A stretch of DNA of 64,000 nt from an uncultured Verrucomicrobiae bacterium (GTDB lineage: Bacteria; Verrucomicrobiota; Verrucomicrobiia; Limisphaerales; UBA11358): assembly GCA_963786375.1 (NCBI GenBank), contig CAWAYP010000010.1, forward strand, positions 256,660-320,659. Direction: 5' to 3'. The notes beneath the pieces were generated by a model, which saw nothing but the letters and a program-made list of their open reading frames with translations, was not told where the DNA came from and did not search any database. This document shows positions 36,415 through 45,818 of the stretch, one piece after another. The translations under genes and the position numbers were made by a program. Every line of letters begins with the position of its first letter. Positions within the stretch are counted from its first letter, which is position 1.

Positions 36415-37548
36415 TTATTTTGCCGCCGACTGTTTCTGGGCGATCCGGATGACCGCGTTAAATGCGGGTTTGGGCTGGCAGTTGCGGTCAAACAAGAGTG
36501 GATACGCAGTCCGGCCGCTGACCGGCCACGTGTTCAACCAGGAATCGCCATCGGTCACGCCCCAAAAAGTGACGCGGGAAATGATGTCGTGATTCGCCAC
36601 AAAAACCCTGAACAAATCCGCGTAGCGTTCAGTTTCCGCCCGCGCCACGGAGGCGGGGAGTCCATGGGTGTAAGGATTCAACCTGGCCTGCAGCGCAAAG
36701 TTCATCGAGACTTCCGCGCTTTGTGAATGCGTCGCCGGCGGGAGCATGTCCAGGTCCAGCTCGGTGATCATGACTTTAATTCCCAAACCGGCAAAGGCTT
36801 TGATGGTTTCGTCAAGCTGCGCCGTTGACGGCCAATCCATCTTGTAATGGCCCTGCAACCCGACGCCCGCGATGGGAATGCCCGCCGCCTGAAGTTTCTT
36901 GATCAACGCAATGGCACCGGCGCGCTTGGGGACGTTTTCCAGCGAGTAATCGTTGTAGTACAATTGAACATGCGGGTCGGCTTCCTGCGCGAATTGATAG
37001 GCCATGAGGAGGTAATCCGGTCCGATGATTTTTTCCCACGGCGACTCGCGCAAGGTGCCGTCTTCATTTAACGCCTCGTTTACCACGTCCCAGCCGCCAA
37101 TTTTTCCCTGGTAACGGCCAACGACGGTGAAGATGTGATCATGCATCCGTTTGATGAGCGCAGCGCGGCTGATGGGATTTCCCTTGTCGTCCTGAAAAAC
37201 CCATTTCGGTGTTTGGTTGTGCCAGATCAAATTGTGGCCGACGATGAACATGTGGTTCTTCAGGCCAAATGCGACATACGCATCCGCCGGCCCAAAATTG
37301 TAGTGGTCCGGTTCAGGATGAACGGATTCCCATTTCAAACAATTTTCGGGACTGATCGAGTCGAACTGCGCCTTGACGAGCGCGGTCTCTTTGGCGTTCT
37401 GACCGGTGAACTGGGATTCGTTTAGCGCCGCGCCGATGAGGAAATCATTTTTGAAAGCTGCTTTCAAAGTGGTTTGGGCGTGAATGCCGGCGACCGCGGC
37501 AAGGCAGCCAGCCAAGATAAATGATACGGGCAACAGATTTGTTTTCAT
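36415..37548 (-). CDS. GH10 endo-1,4-beta-xylanase
   Basis: Signal peptide plus GH10 blocks: GHNLIWHNQTPKWVF, WDVVNEALNEDGTLRES (acid/base Glu), LYYNDYSLE, GVGLQGHY and VMITELDLD (nucleophile Glu). Confidence 0.9.
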   Translation of the reverse strand: MKTNLLPVSFILAGCLAAVAGIHAQTTLKAAFKNDFLIGAALNESQFTGQNAKETALVKAQFDSISPENCLKWESVHPEPDHYNFGPADAYVAFGLKNHMFIVGHNLIWHNQTPKWVFQDDKGNPISRAALIKRMHDHIFTVVGRYQGKIGGWDVVNEALNEDGTLRESPWEKIIGPDYLLMAYQFAQEADPHVQLYYNDYSLENVPKRAGAIALIKKLQAAGIPIAGVGLQGHYKMDWPSTAQLDETIKAFAGLGIKVMITELDLDMLPPATHSQSAEVSMNFALQARLNPYTHGLPASVARAETERYADLFRVFVANHDIISRVTFWGVTDGDSWLNTWPVSGRTAYPLLFDRNCQPKPAFNAVIRIAQKQSAAK

Positions 37549-37559
37549 GGGATTTCGGT

Positions 37560-39086
37560 TTATGCCGTTGGAGTTGCAAATGTCTTCCGGCGCTCGGCCA
37601 ATTCATCGGCCATCTGGATGGTCATGCGCATGTTAAGTTTGTAGATGACCAGCAAAACTGTGCAGACGGCGAAAATCAAACCGACCCCGATGCCGCTGCA
37701 CACCCGGAACCCATGCACGGCTTCGGGCGCGTCGGGCAATTTGGTGTTGTAATTGAAAACGCCGGCCATGATCCACAAAAACGAAGAGGAACCGAGGGCC
37801 AGACCGCACTTCAGGGCAAAACCGATGGTCGCGAAAACGATGCCGGTGAAGCGCCGGCCGGTTTTCCATTCGGAGTAGTCGGCCACGTCCGCGTAGATGG
37901 CCCAGATCAGCGGGATGGTCGGTGCGTAACAGATCGCGATCAGAATCGTCAGGCCAACCATGCCGTTCACGTTGGCCGGGCCGAGCAAATAAAACGCCAG
38001 GGTGCCCAGGGCGGCCAGCCCAAACCCGACCACGGCGACGGCCTTTTTGCCGAATTTCACGGAGAGGGCCGGCGACAGGAGAATGACAATGATGGTCACG
38101 CCGGTGCCAATCATGTTGATGATGCTGTTGAAGACGTCCGCCACGTTCGAGTTCGTCAAATTTGATTTGTCTCCATGCACGATGTAGCCGAGCCATTCCA
38201 AAATGCCGCCGGACGCCGCAGCGCCTGCCGCGAGCGGGGGCGCGGTGAGTCCACACTTTTGCAGCCAGTCGAACATCGCGCCCTTGTCCGCGTAATGGTG
38301 ATAATAATTATAAAGCGCACCTCCCCGGAAAGCCAAAAGACCGAAGTGGCACAGCGTCATCAAAAACATCACCATCCACGGACTGTTTTTGAGCAGATTC
38401 GCGAAATCCTGCCGGATGTCCGATTTTTGCTGTGGCGGTGGTTGAATGCGTTCCCGGGTGGTGGCGAAGGTAATGAGGAACAACACGAGGCACAGGATGG
38501 CCCAGAGGGTCATGGTCATTTGCCAGCCATACTGCCGGTTGTGACCGACGGCGAACTTGGCAACCAGCGGCAGCGTGAAACCGCCCACGATGAACTGCGC
38601 CGCGTTTACGGCAATGAACCGGAACGAGTTGAGTTTCGCCCGCTCGTTGACATCGCCGGTCATCACACCGCCCAGCGCGGCATACGGCATGTTGTTCATG
38701 GAGTAAATGGACATGAGCATGATGTTCGTGATCGCGGCGTAGGCAATCATGGCGCTCATGTTCCAGCCCTTGGGCGTGGTGTAGGCGAGGACCATGACGA
38801 CGCACCAGGGGACGGCGGTGAACAGGATCCACGGGCGAAACTTGCCCCAGCGGCTTTTGGTGCGGTCGGCGAGCACACCCACAATCGGATCGGCGAAGGC
38901 ATCCCATAGACGCGCCACAATCAGAATGGTTGCCGCCGCGCCGACCGTGATGCCGAACACGTCCGTATAGAAATTCGTCTGGAAGAGAATCATCGTCATG
39001 AAGACGAAGTTCGCGGCGGCGTCGGCAGCACTGTAACCCGCCTTTTCAATGAACGACAATTTCTGATGGAAGTGTTGTTCCGCCAT
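37560..39086 (-). CDS. GPH-family glycoside-pentoside-hexuronide:cation symporter
   Basis: 508 aa with about 12 TM helices. Motifs are GYSAADAAANFVF and DAFADPIVGVLADRTKSRWGKFRPWIL. Confidence 0.85.
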   Translation of the reverse strand: MAEQHFHQKLSFIEKAGYSAADAAANFVFMTMILFQTNFYTDVFGITVGAAATILIVARLWDAFADPIVGVLADRTKSRWGKFRPWILFTAVPWCVVMVLAYTTPKGWNMSAMIAYAAITNIMLMSIYSMNNMPYAALGGVMTGDVNERAKLNSFRFIAVNAAQFIVGGFTLPLVAKFAVGHNRQYGWQMTMTLWAILCLVLFLITFATTRERIQPPPQQKSDIRQDFANLLKNSPWMVMFLMTLCHFGLLAFRGGALYNYYHHYADKGAMFDWLQKCGLTAPPLAAGAAASGGILEWLGYIVHGDKSNLTNSNVADVFNSIINMIGTGVTIIVILLSPALSVKFGKKAVAVVGFGLAALGTLAFYLLGPANVNGMVGLTILIAICYAPTIPLIWAIYADVADYSEWKTGRRFTGIVFATIGFALKCGLALGSSSFLWIMAGVFNYNTKLPDAPEAVHGFRVCSGIGVGLIFAVCTVLLVIYKLNMRMTIQMADELAERRKTFATPTA

Positions 39087-39107
39087 GGGTGGGTTGGGTT
39101 GGGCAGT

Positions 39108-41414
39108 TTACTTCGTCACCGTCAAAATCACCTTCTGCAAATCAGGGTTGTTCGAAGAATTGCCGACCATGATTTCAAACTCGCCCGGCTCCACGACGAA
39201 TTTCATGTGGAGGTCATAAAACGCGAGTGATTCCGGCGTAATGTCGAGCGCCACGGTTTGAACTTCGTTGGGACGCAATGAAATTTTCCGAAAGCCCTTC
39301 AATTCCTTGACCGGCCGCGTGACGGAACTGACACAATCGCGGATATACATTTGTACAACCTCGGTGCCGGGACGTTTGCCGGTGTTCTTCACGTCCACAA
39401 GAACGCGCGTTGCCTGGCCGGCGCGGATTTTTTTCTTCGCCAGCCGGACGTTTTTGAAGGCAAAGGTGGTGTAACTCAGGCCAAAGCCAAAGGGATAAAG
39501 CGGCGAGACACTGTCGAAAATATAACCGCGCCGGGCCGAGGGTTTGCAGTTGTAATACATGGGGAGATGACCTGCCGAGCGGGGAATCGTGATGGGCAGC
39601 TTTCCGCCTGGATTGTAATCGCCGAACAACACGTCGGCGACCGCGTGGCCGGTTTCCTGGCCGAGATACCAGCATTCAAAAATGACCGGCACATTTTCCT
39701 GAAGATACTGGATGGACAGCGGACTGCCATTGAAAAGAAACACAATGACCGGCTTGCCGGTGGAAAGCATCGCCGTGACCAGTTCCTGCTGTTGTCCCAC
39801 CAACCTGAGCCGGGTGCGGTCGCCCATGTGTTTCAACGACCAGGCTTCGCGCGAGGTTTGTTCGTTGCCGCCGATGGCCAGCAGGATGACATTCGCCTGT
39901 TGGGCGACCTTGACTGCCTCATGAATCTGTCTGCGGTCGTCCTCGGGATGGCTGAGCGTCACCAAATCCTGGTTCCACGAACCACCCACGGTGATTTTGC
40001 AGCCTTCGCAGTATGGCACCTGCACCCGGTCGCCAACCTTGGCGCGAATGCCTTCCAGCAGTGAGGTGTAAAATTTTGGCTTGCCGCTGTAACCGCCAAG
40101 CAATTCGCGGTCCGCGTTCGGTCCAATGACCGCCAGCGTTTTAATTTTGCCGGGGTTCAGCGGCACCAGATTGTCCTTGTTTTTGAGCAGGGTGATGGTT
40201 TCGCGGGCGGCTTCCAACGCCAGCCGGGAGTTTTTTTCGCTGCTCACGATCCGTTCGGCTTCGCCGGGGTCCACATAGGGATCATCAAACAATCGCATCT
40301 TGAATTTCCAGAACAACATGGGTGCGACCAGCTTGTCCAGCTCTGATTCCTTGAGCGCGCCCTTCCGAACCAGCTCAACCAGATGCAGGTAACAATCGGG
40401 TTCGGGAAATTCGATGTTCACGCCGGCGCGCACCGCCAATGCGCACGCCTCCTGTTTGTCCCTGGCGATGGAGTGGCCGTGCGTGTCCGGGCGGTAACTC
40501 AATTCCCAAATCGCATAGTAATCCGAGACGACAAAGCCTTTGAAACCCCACTCCCGGCGGAGGACATCGCGCAAGAGCCATTCACTGGCATGCGATGGCA
40601 CGCCGTCAATTTCGTTGTAGGAGGCCATCACACTGATCGCGCCGGCCTTTTGGATCGCCACTTTGAATGGATATAAGAATGTTTCGCGCAGCAGGCGCGC
40701 GGAGACGTTCACCGGCGCGCAATTGATGCCGGATTCCGGCTGGCTGTGTGCCGCGAAATGTTTGAGCGTGGCGATGACATGCTTTTTGTCGTTGAACGAA
40801 CCATCACCTTGGAATCCGCGCACGGCGGCAACACCAAGCTGTGCCGCCAGATAAGGGTCTTCTCCAAAGCATTCCTCGACCCGGCCCCAGCGGGGATCAC
40901 GCGCCACATCCAGGACCGGCGTAAGCGCCTGGTGCGCGCCGCGCGCGCGCGTTTCCTCGGCGGTCATCGCATAGAGCAATTCCACCAGTTCGGGATTGAA
41001 CATTGCGCCCAGGCCAATGGGTTGCGGGAAGCTGGTGCTGCCGACTCCGGCGTGGCCGTGGAGGCATTCCTCATGAAACATCACCGGAATTCCCAACCGG
41101 CTGTTTTCGATGAAAAATTTCTGGATGGCGTTGGTCAGCACGGCCATTTCGTGCGCGTTCTTGCCCTTGCCCGCGTCACTGGGGCGGCCCACCTGGCCAA
41201 GACCGTGACCGTGTTTGAATGCGGCCCTGGCCTTCTTGAGATCAAAATTCCCCTCGGCATCCACCAGCGTCTCGGACTTTTTTTGCCAGACACACATCAT
41301 TTGTGCGGCTTTTTCCGCAAGGGTCATGCGTGACAGCAGGTCCTTGACCCGCCGTGAGGCGGGCAGGGCGCGGTTTTTGTAAACCGGCAAATGGGCGGTG
41401 GATGGTTTTTTCAT
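39108..41414 (-). CDS. GH3 beta-glucosidase/beta-xylosidase
   Basis: 768 aa. Motifs are PRWGRVEECFGEDPYL, KHFAAHSQPESG and GFVVSDYYA (nucleophile Asp context). The C-terminal Fn3-like domain includes FGFGLSYTTF. Confidence 0.9.
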   Translation of the reverse strand: MKKPSTAHLPVYKNRALPASRRVKDLLSRMTLAEKAAQMMCVWQKKSETLVDAEGNFDLKKARAAFKHGHGLGQVGRPSDAGKGKNAHEMAVLTNAIQKFFIENSRLGIPVMFHEECLHGHAGVGSTSFPQPIGLGAMFNPELVELLYAMTAEETRARGAHQALTPVLDVARDPRWGRVEECFGEDPYLAAQLGVAAVRGFQGDGSFNDKKHVIATLKHFAAHSQPESGINCAPVNVSARLLRETFLYPFKVAIQKAGAISVMASYNEIDGVPSHASEWLLRDVLRREWGFKGFVVSDYYAIWELSYRPDTHGHSIARDKQEACALAVRAGVNIEFPEPDCYLHLVELVRKGALKESELDKLVAPMLFWKFKMRLFDDPYVDPGEAERIVSSEKNSRLALEAARETITLLKNKDNLVPLNPGKIKTLAVIGPNADRELLGGYSGKPKFYTSLLEGIRAKVGDRVQVPYCEGCKITVGGSWNQDLVTLSHPEDDRRQIHEAVKVAQQANVILLAIGGNEQTSREAWSLKHMGDRTRLRLVGQQQELVTAMLSTGKPVIVFLFNGSPLSIQYLQENVPVIFECWYLGQETGHAVADVLFGDYNPGGKLPITIPRSAGHLPMYYNCKPSARRGYIFDSVSPLYPFGFGLSYTTFAFKNVRLAKKKIRAGQATRVLVDVKNTGKRPGTEVVQMYIRDCVSSVTRPVKELKGFRKISLRPNEVQTVALDITPESLAFYDLHMKFVVEPGEFEIMVGNSSNNPDLQKVILTVTK

Positions 41415-41732
41415 GTCACGGTTTTACCAAGGCTGGCCGATGATTTTGTTGGAGGTCAAATTCATTCAACACTATTTCATCCGCCATTTCACGCGGGAAT
41501 AGACAATTCTACGATTTGCATAAAAATCCTTCAAAGAAAAGTGTGGTATCCGCGTAAACCGGTGCCACCATGATTCCCTGCGCTACACAGAAATCGCCAG
41601 AGCGGGAGGTGTTTTCCGCATACCAGGCTGCCAAGGGCAAAACTTTGGCGGACGAAAGCAGGAAGCAAAAGCCAAGCGGCAGGAACATCTTGCGGATTGG
41701 GCGGTTGCAGCGGGAATTCACGGGCCTTTGTT

Positions 41733-43373
41733 TTATTTTTGCTTTGTTGCGCGGTATTCAAACCAGTCGAAGTCCGCCGGAACACTATTGGTCTGTCCGT
41801 TGCCGGTGGCGTACATGCCAATGTACACGCCGGTAAAGCCGTCGATTTTTTCCGACGACAAATTACGAGTCAAAGCCGTGCCGAGACTTTTCGCCGGGCC
41901 ATGCAAAGACTGGTAGAAAAATTCGTACGACAACGGCAATGCCTGCACTGACAGGATCACGTCTCCCGGTTCAATAGGCTCATAACGAACCGGCCCGCTG
42001 GTTTTGCCATCCAGAACTTTTCTGATGAAAACCTGCCGCTGGCCGTCACGGAAGGTGATTCCAAGATCGTAATGGTTTTGCGAGTTGCCGCGCACCACCA
42101 GTCCCGCTTCTTCATTTTCATGGCGCGGATCAAAGGAGAGCCGTGTTGCAGCGCGGCAGGCGAGGGCGGTTTGGCGGCGCCCGACAAAGGCCGGGGAATC
42201 CACATCGTTCATCGTGACCGCCGAACCCCAAAGCCGCAAATACCCCGGGCGTTCCGTGAGGGAATAGTCACGCGGATGGGGATTCCGCAAAAAGTTCCAT
42301 TCCAACTGGAGGTTCGTGCTGTCAAAATTGTCCCGGGCAGGTTCCGCTTTCCAGGGATGTTGGGGCAGGTCCGGCGCCGGCATGTTCAGTTGAACGTCAC
42401 GAACCACCGGCCAGCCGTTTGTGTTCCAGGCGACCGAAGTCAAAAAGGTTTCACGGCCCAAATGATGAAACTGGCCGCCTTGCGGGCGGATTCCCAAACA
42501 AACCATCCACCAGCCGTCGGGCGTTTCAACCATGTCCGCATGGCCGGTCGCCTGAATGGGAGCCTCCGGTTGATCGCGGTGTGTCAGGATGGGATTTGCC
42601 GGATCGCCGGCAAACGGCCCCCCCGGAGAATCGCTGCGGGCGATGTTTTCCATGTGGCCATAACTGGTGCCGCCCTCGGCGATCATCAAATAATATTTCC
42701 CCTGGATTTTGTACAGGTGGGGGCCTTCGGGCCAGACGCCGCCGGTTCCCTTCCAGATTTCCTTCAAAGGGCCTTCGAGTTTGCCGTTCGGCAAATCAAT
42801 TTTGGCCTGGCCGATGTAACCGTCACCCATGCCTTCATGCCGGGTGTAATAAACCGTTCCGTCGTCATCAAAAAAAAGCGAAGGGTCAACGCCACGGTGA
42901 TCCACCCAAACCGGGTCGGACCACGGGCCGGCGGGATTTTTGGCCGTCACGAAAAAATTGCCGCTGGTGTCCACGAGGGTGGTGATCATGTAAAACGTGC
43001 CGTCGTGATAACGCAGGGTCGGAGCGTAAATGCCGCCGGAATCCCGCGCATGGTCGAGGTTCAACTGGCTTGTGCGCGTGAGGCAGTAACCGATTTGCTT
43101 CCAATGCACGAGGTCCCGGCTTTGAAAAATGGGAACGCCTGGAAAATACTCAAACGAGCTGTTGACCAGATAATAATTGCCGCCGACACGGCAGATGCTC
43201 GGATCGGGATGGAAACCCGGAATGACGGGGTTTTGAAAGGTCTTCGTTGTGTCTGCGGGGTAAGCAACTTCCAAGAGTCCGGCCACGGCAAGCAGGGCCA
43301 AAATCATTTTGCCGAGCGCCGGCGGCTGTCTTTTAACGGGTCCCGCGAGGCGGCCTTGAGGAATTATTTTCAT
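41733..43373 (-). CDS. GH43 beta-xylosidase/alpha-L-arabinofuranosidase with a C-terminal beta-sandwich domain
   Basis: NPVIPGFHPDPSICRVGGNYYLVNSSFEYFPGVPIFQSRDLVHWKQIG is the canonical GH43 N-terminus. The start was chosen at MKIIPQG... (alternatives 43388 and 43307). The upstream 730 codons of the 1280-aa track ORF are antisense to GH95 and were rejected. Confidence 0.85.
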   Translation of the reverse strand: MKIIPQGRLAGPVKRQPPALGKMILALLAVAGLLEVAYPADTTKTFQNPVIPGFHPDPSICRVGGNYYLVNSSFEYFPGVPIFQSRDLVHWKQIGYCLTRTSQLNLDHARDSGGIYAPTLRYHDGTFYMITTLVDTSGNFFVTAKNPAGPWSDPVWVDHRGVDPSLFFDDDGTVYYTRHEGMGDGYIGQAKIDLPNGKLEGPLKEIWKGTGGVWPEGPHLYKIQGKYYLMIAEGGTSYGHMENIARSDSPGGPFAGDPANPILTHRDQPEAPIQATGHADMVETPDGWWMVCLGIRPQGGQFHHLGRETFLTSVAWNTNGWPVVRDVQLNMPAPDLPQHPWKAEPARDNFDSTNLQLEWNFLRNPHPRDYSLTERPGYLRLWGSAVTMNDVDSPAFVGRRQTALACRAATRLSFDPRHENEEAGLVVRGNSQNHYDLGITFRDGQRQVFIRKVLDGKTSGPVRYEPIEPGDVILSVQALPLSYEFFYQSLHGPAKSLGTALTRNLSSEKIDGFTGVYIGMYATGNGQTNSVPADFDWFEYRATKQK

Positions 43374-43505
43374 TTGCGGGAAAAGCATATCCTGCCGGGG
43401 AATGGATGAAACGATGAATTTATGAACAGCGCTGGGCCACCGTTCAGAATACAAAGATGTTGAGATTTTTCTGCCGAGGCGGACAATCTTTCTCTTTAAC
43501 CAATT

Positions 43506-45818
43506 ATGAACCTCTCCAACATAAAGAGAATTCTTCCAGCCGTGCTGGTGGTCTTGAATTGTACCGCCGCTTTTGCGAGCGATTTGACCCTCTGGTACCG
43601 GCAGCCGGCACGGGTTTGGACCGAGGCGTTGCCGGTCGGCAATGGGCGGCTCGGTGCGATGGTCTTCGGCGGCATCGAGCGTGAACAACTTCAACTCAAC
43701 GAGGACACCCTTTGGGCGGGCGGACCGTATGATCCCGACAACCCCAACGCGCTCGCGGCGTTGCCGGAGGTGCGCCGACTGATTTTCGCCGGGCAATACG
43801 ACGCGGCGGCCCATCTCATCTCCATGAAAATGATGGGGAAACCGTTGAAACAAATGCCGTATGAAACGGTCGGCGATTTGTTCCTGGCTTTTCCCACCAA
43901 TGGCACGGTCACGGATTACCGGCGTGATTTGGACCTCCACACCGCCGTCGCCAGCGTGAGCTATACGGAAAATGGCGTGCATTTCCGGCGGCAAGTTTTT
44001 TCCAGTCCGGTGGACCAAGTCATCGTCGTCCGTCTCACCGCCGACCAGCCGGGACAAATTTCCCTTGCCGCAAGCCTGGCCACGCCGCAACGGGCCTCCC
44101 TCGAAGTTGAAAACGGCGGCACGCTCGTCCTGCGCGGCATGAACGGTTCCAGCGAAGGCATCAAAGGCGCGCTGAAGTTTCAGGCGTGTGTCCGGGTGCT
44201 GCCGCAGGGCGGCAGAATATCTGACGGGACAAATGAAATCTCCGTTGCCCATGCCGACTCCGTGACGCTGCTGGTCGCCGCCGCGACGAGCTATAAAAAT
44301 TATCACGATGTCAGCGGCAACCCGGAAGCCATTGTCAAACAACAACTCGCCGCCGCCGCCGGAAAATCCTTCGCCGATCTGCTCGCGGCGCACATCGCGG
44401 CGCACCGGCGGTTGTTCGACCGCGTCTCGCTCACGCTGGGCACCAACACCGCCGCGTCGGAACTGCCCACGGACGAACGCATCGCCAACTTTGACCGGGG
44501 CGACGATCCGGAACTCGCCGCGCTGTATTTTCAATTCGCGCGCTACCTGTTGATTTCCAGTTCGCGTCCCGGCACCCAGCCCGCAAACCTGCAAGGCATC
44601 TGGAATGATTCCATGCATCCGCCGTGGGACAGCAAATACACCATCAACATCAACACCGAGATGAATTACTGGCCCGCCGATCCGTGCAATCTCGGCGAAT
44701 GCCTCGAGCCGCTCACCGCGATGGTCCTGGACCTCAGCCGTACGGGCGTGCGCACGGCCAGGGTGATGTATGGCGCGCGCGGCTGGGTGGTGCATCACAA
44801 CACCGATTTGTGGCGCGCGACCGCGCCGATAGACGGGCCAATGTGGGGCATGTGGCCGATGGGCGGCGCGTGGCTCCTCCAGAATCTTTGGGAACATTAC
44901 CAGTTCACCGGCGATAAAAAATTCCTGGAAAAAATTTATCCCGCGATGAAAAGCTCGGCGCAATTCTACCTCGACACGCTGGTGGAAGACCCGTCGAACC
45001 ATTGGCTCGTGACCTGTCCCTCCTTGTCGCCGGAGAACACGCATCCCGACGGCCACACCAGCATCTGCGCCGGGCCAACGATGGACATGGAAATTCTGCG
45101 CGACCTGTTCACCAACTGCATCCAGGCCTCGGAAATCCTCGGCGTGGACAAAAAATTCCGCGCGCGGGTCGCGGCTGCCCGCGCTCGGCTCGCCCCGTTC
45201 CAGATCGGCCAGGCGGGACAACTTCAGGAATGGCTGAAAGACTGGGACCTGGCGGCGCCGGAAATTCATCATCGGCACGTCTCGCATTTGTACGCCTTGT
45301 TTCCCAGCGATCAGATTGACTTTTACCGCACGCCGGAACTCGCCGCCGCCGCCAAAAAATCGCTGGAGATTCGCGGCGACGAGGCCACCGGGTGGGGCAC
45401 TGCCTGGCGCATCAATCTCTGGGCGCGCCTGCACGACGGCGACCATGCGTACAAAATTTTGAAATATCTGCTGAGTCCCGGGCGGACCTATCCCGACCTG
45501 TTCGACTCGTGCCCGCCGTTCCAGATTGACGGCAATTTTGGCGGCGCTTCCGGCATCACCGAAATGCTGCTGCAAAGTGAGAACGGCGAAATTGAATTTC
45601 TCCCGGCGCTGCCCGATGCGTGGCCGGACGGCAGCGTAAAAGGTCTGCGCGCGCGCGGAGGCTTCGAGGTGGACATGAATTGGAAGGACGGAAAACTCGT
45701 TTCCGCGACCGTGACATCGCTTGCCGGGAATCCCTGCCGTCTGCGCTATGGGAAAATCCTCAAGTCCGTCACCATCGCAAAAAATTCAACTTTGCACCTC
45801 AATAATGAGCTCCAATAA
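43506..45818 (+). CDS. GH95 alpha-L-fucosidase-family glycoside hydrolase
   Basis: Signal peptide, then LWYRQPARVWTEALPVGNGRLGAMVFGG..REQLQLNEDTLWAGGP, which is the GH95 N-terminal signature. 770 aa. Confidence 0.85.
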   Translation: MNLSNIKRILPAVLVVLNCTAAFASDLTLWYRQPARVWTEALPVGNGRLGAMVFGGIEREQLQLNEDTLWAGGPYDPDNPNALAALPEVRRLIFAGQYDAAAHLISMKMMGKPLKQMPYETVGDLFLAFPTNGTVTDYRRDLDLHTAVASVSYTENGVHFRRQVFSSPVDQVIVVRLTADQPGQISLAASLATPQRASLEVENGGTLVLRGMNGSSEGIKGALKFQACVRVLPQGGRISDGTNEISVAHADSVTLLVAAATSYKNYHDVSGNPEAIVKQQLAAAAGKSFADLLAAHIAAHRRLFDRVSLTLGTNTAASELPTDERIANFDRGDDPELAALYFQFARYLLISSSRPGTQPANLQGIWNDSMHPPWDSKYTININTEMNYWPADPCNLGECLEPLTAMVLDLSRTGVRTARVMYGARGWVVHHNTDLWRATAPIDGPMWGMWPMGGAWLLQNLWEHYQFTGDKKFLEKIYPAMKSSAQFYLDTLVEDPSNHWLVTCPSLSPENTHPDGHTSICAGPTMDMEILRDLFTNCIQASEILGVDKKFRARVAAARARLAPFQIGQAGQLQEWLKDWDLAAPEIHHRHVSHLYALFPSDQIDFYRTPELAAAAKKSLEIRGDEATGWGTAWRINLWARLHDGDHAYKILKYLLSPGRTYPDLFDSCPPFQIDGNFGGASGITEMLLQSENGEIEFLPALPDAWPDGSVKGLRARGGFEVDMNWKDGKLVSATVTSLAGNPCRLRYGKILKSVTIAKNSTLHLNNELQ

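Noticed and set aside
43374-45575. The upstream 730 codons of the 1280-aa minus-strand track ORF (41733-45575).
   Set aside because: This part is antisense to the well-supported GH95 gene, has Arg/Gly/Ala-rich shadow-ORF composition and no motifs. Recognisable GH43 sequence with a signal peptide begins only at about 43373.
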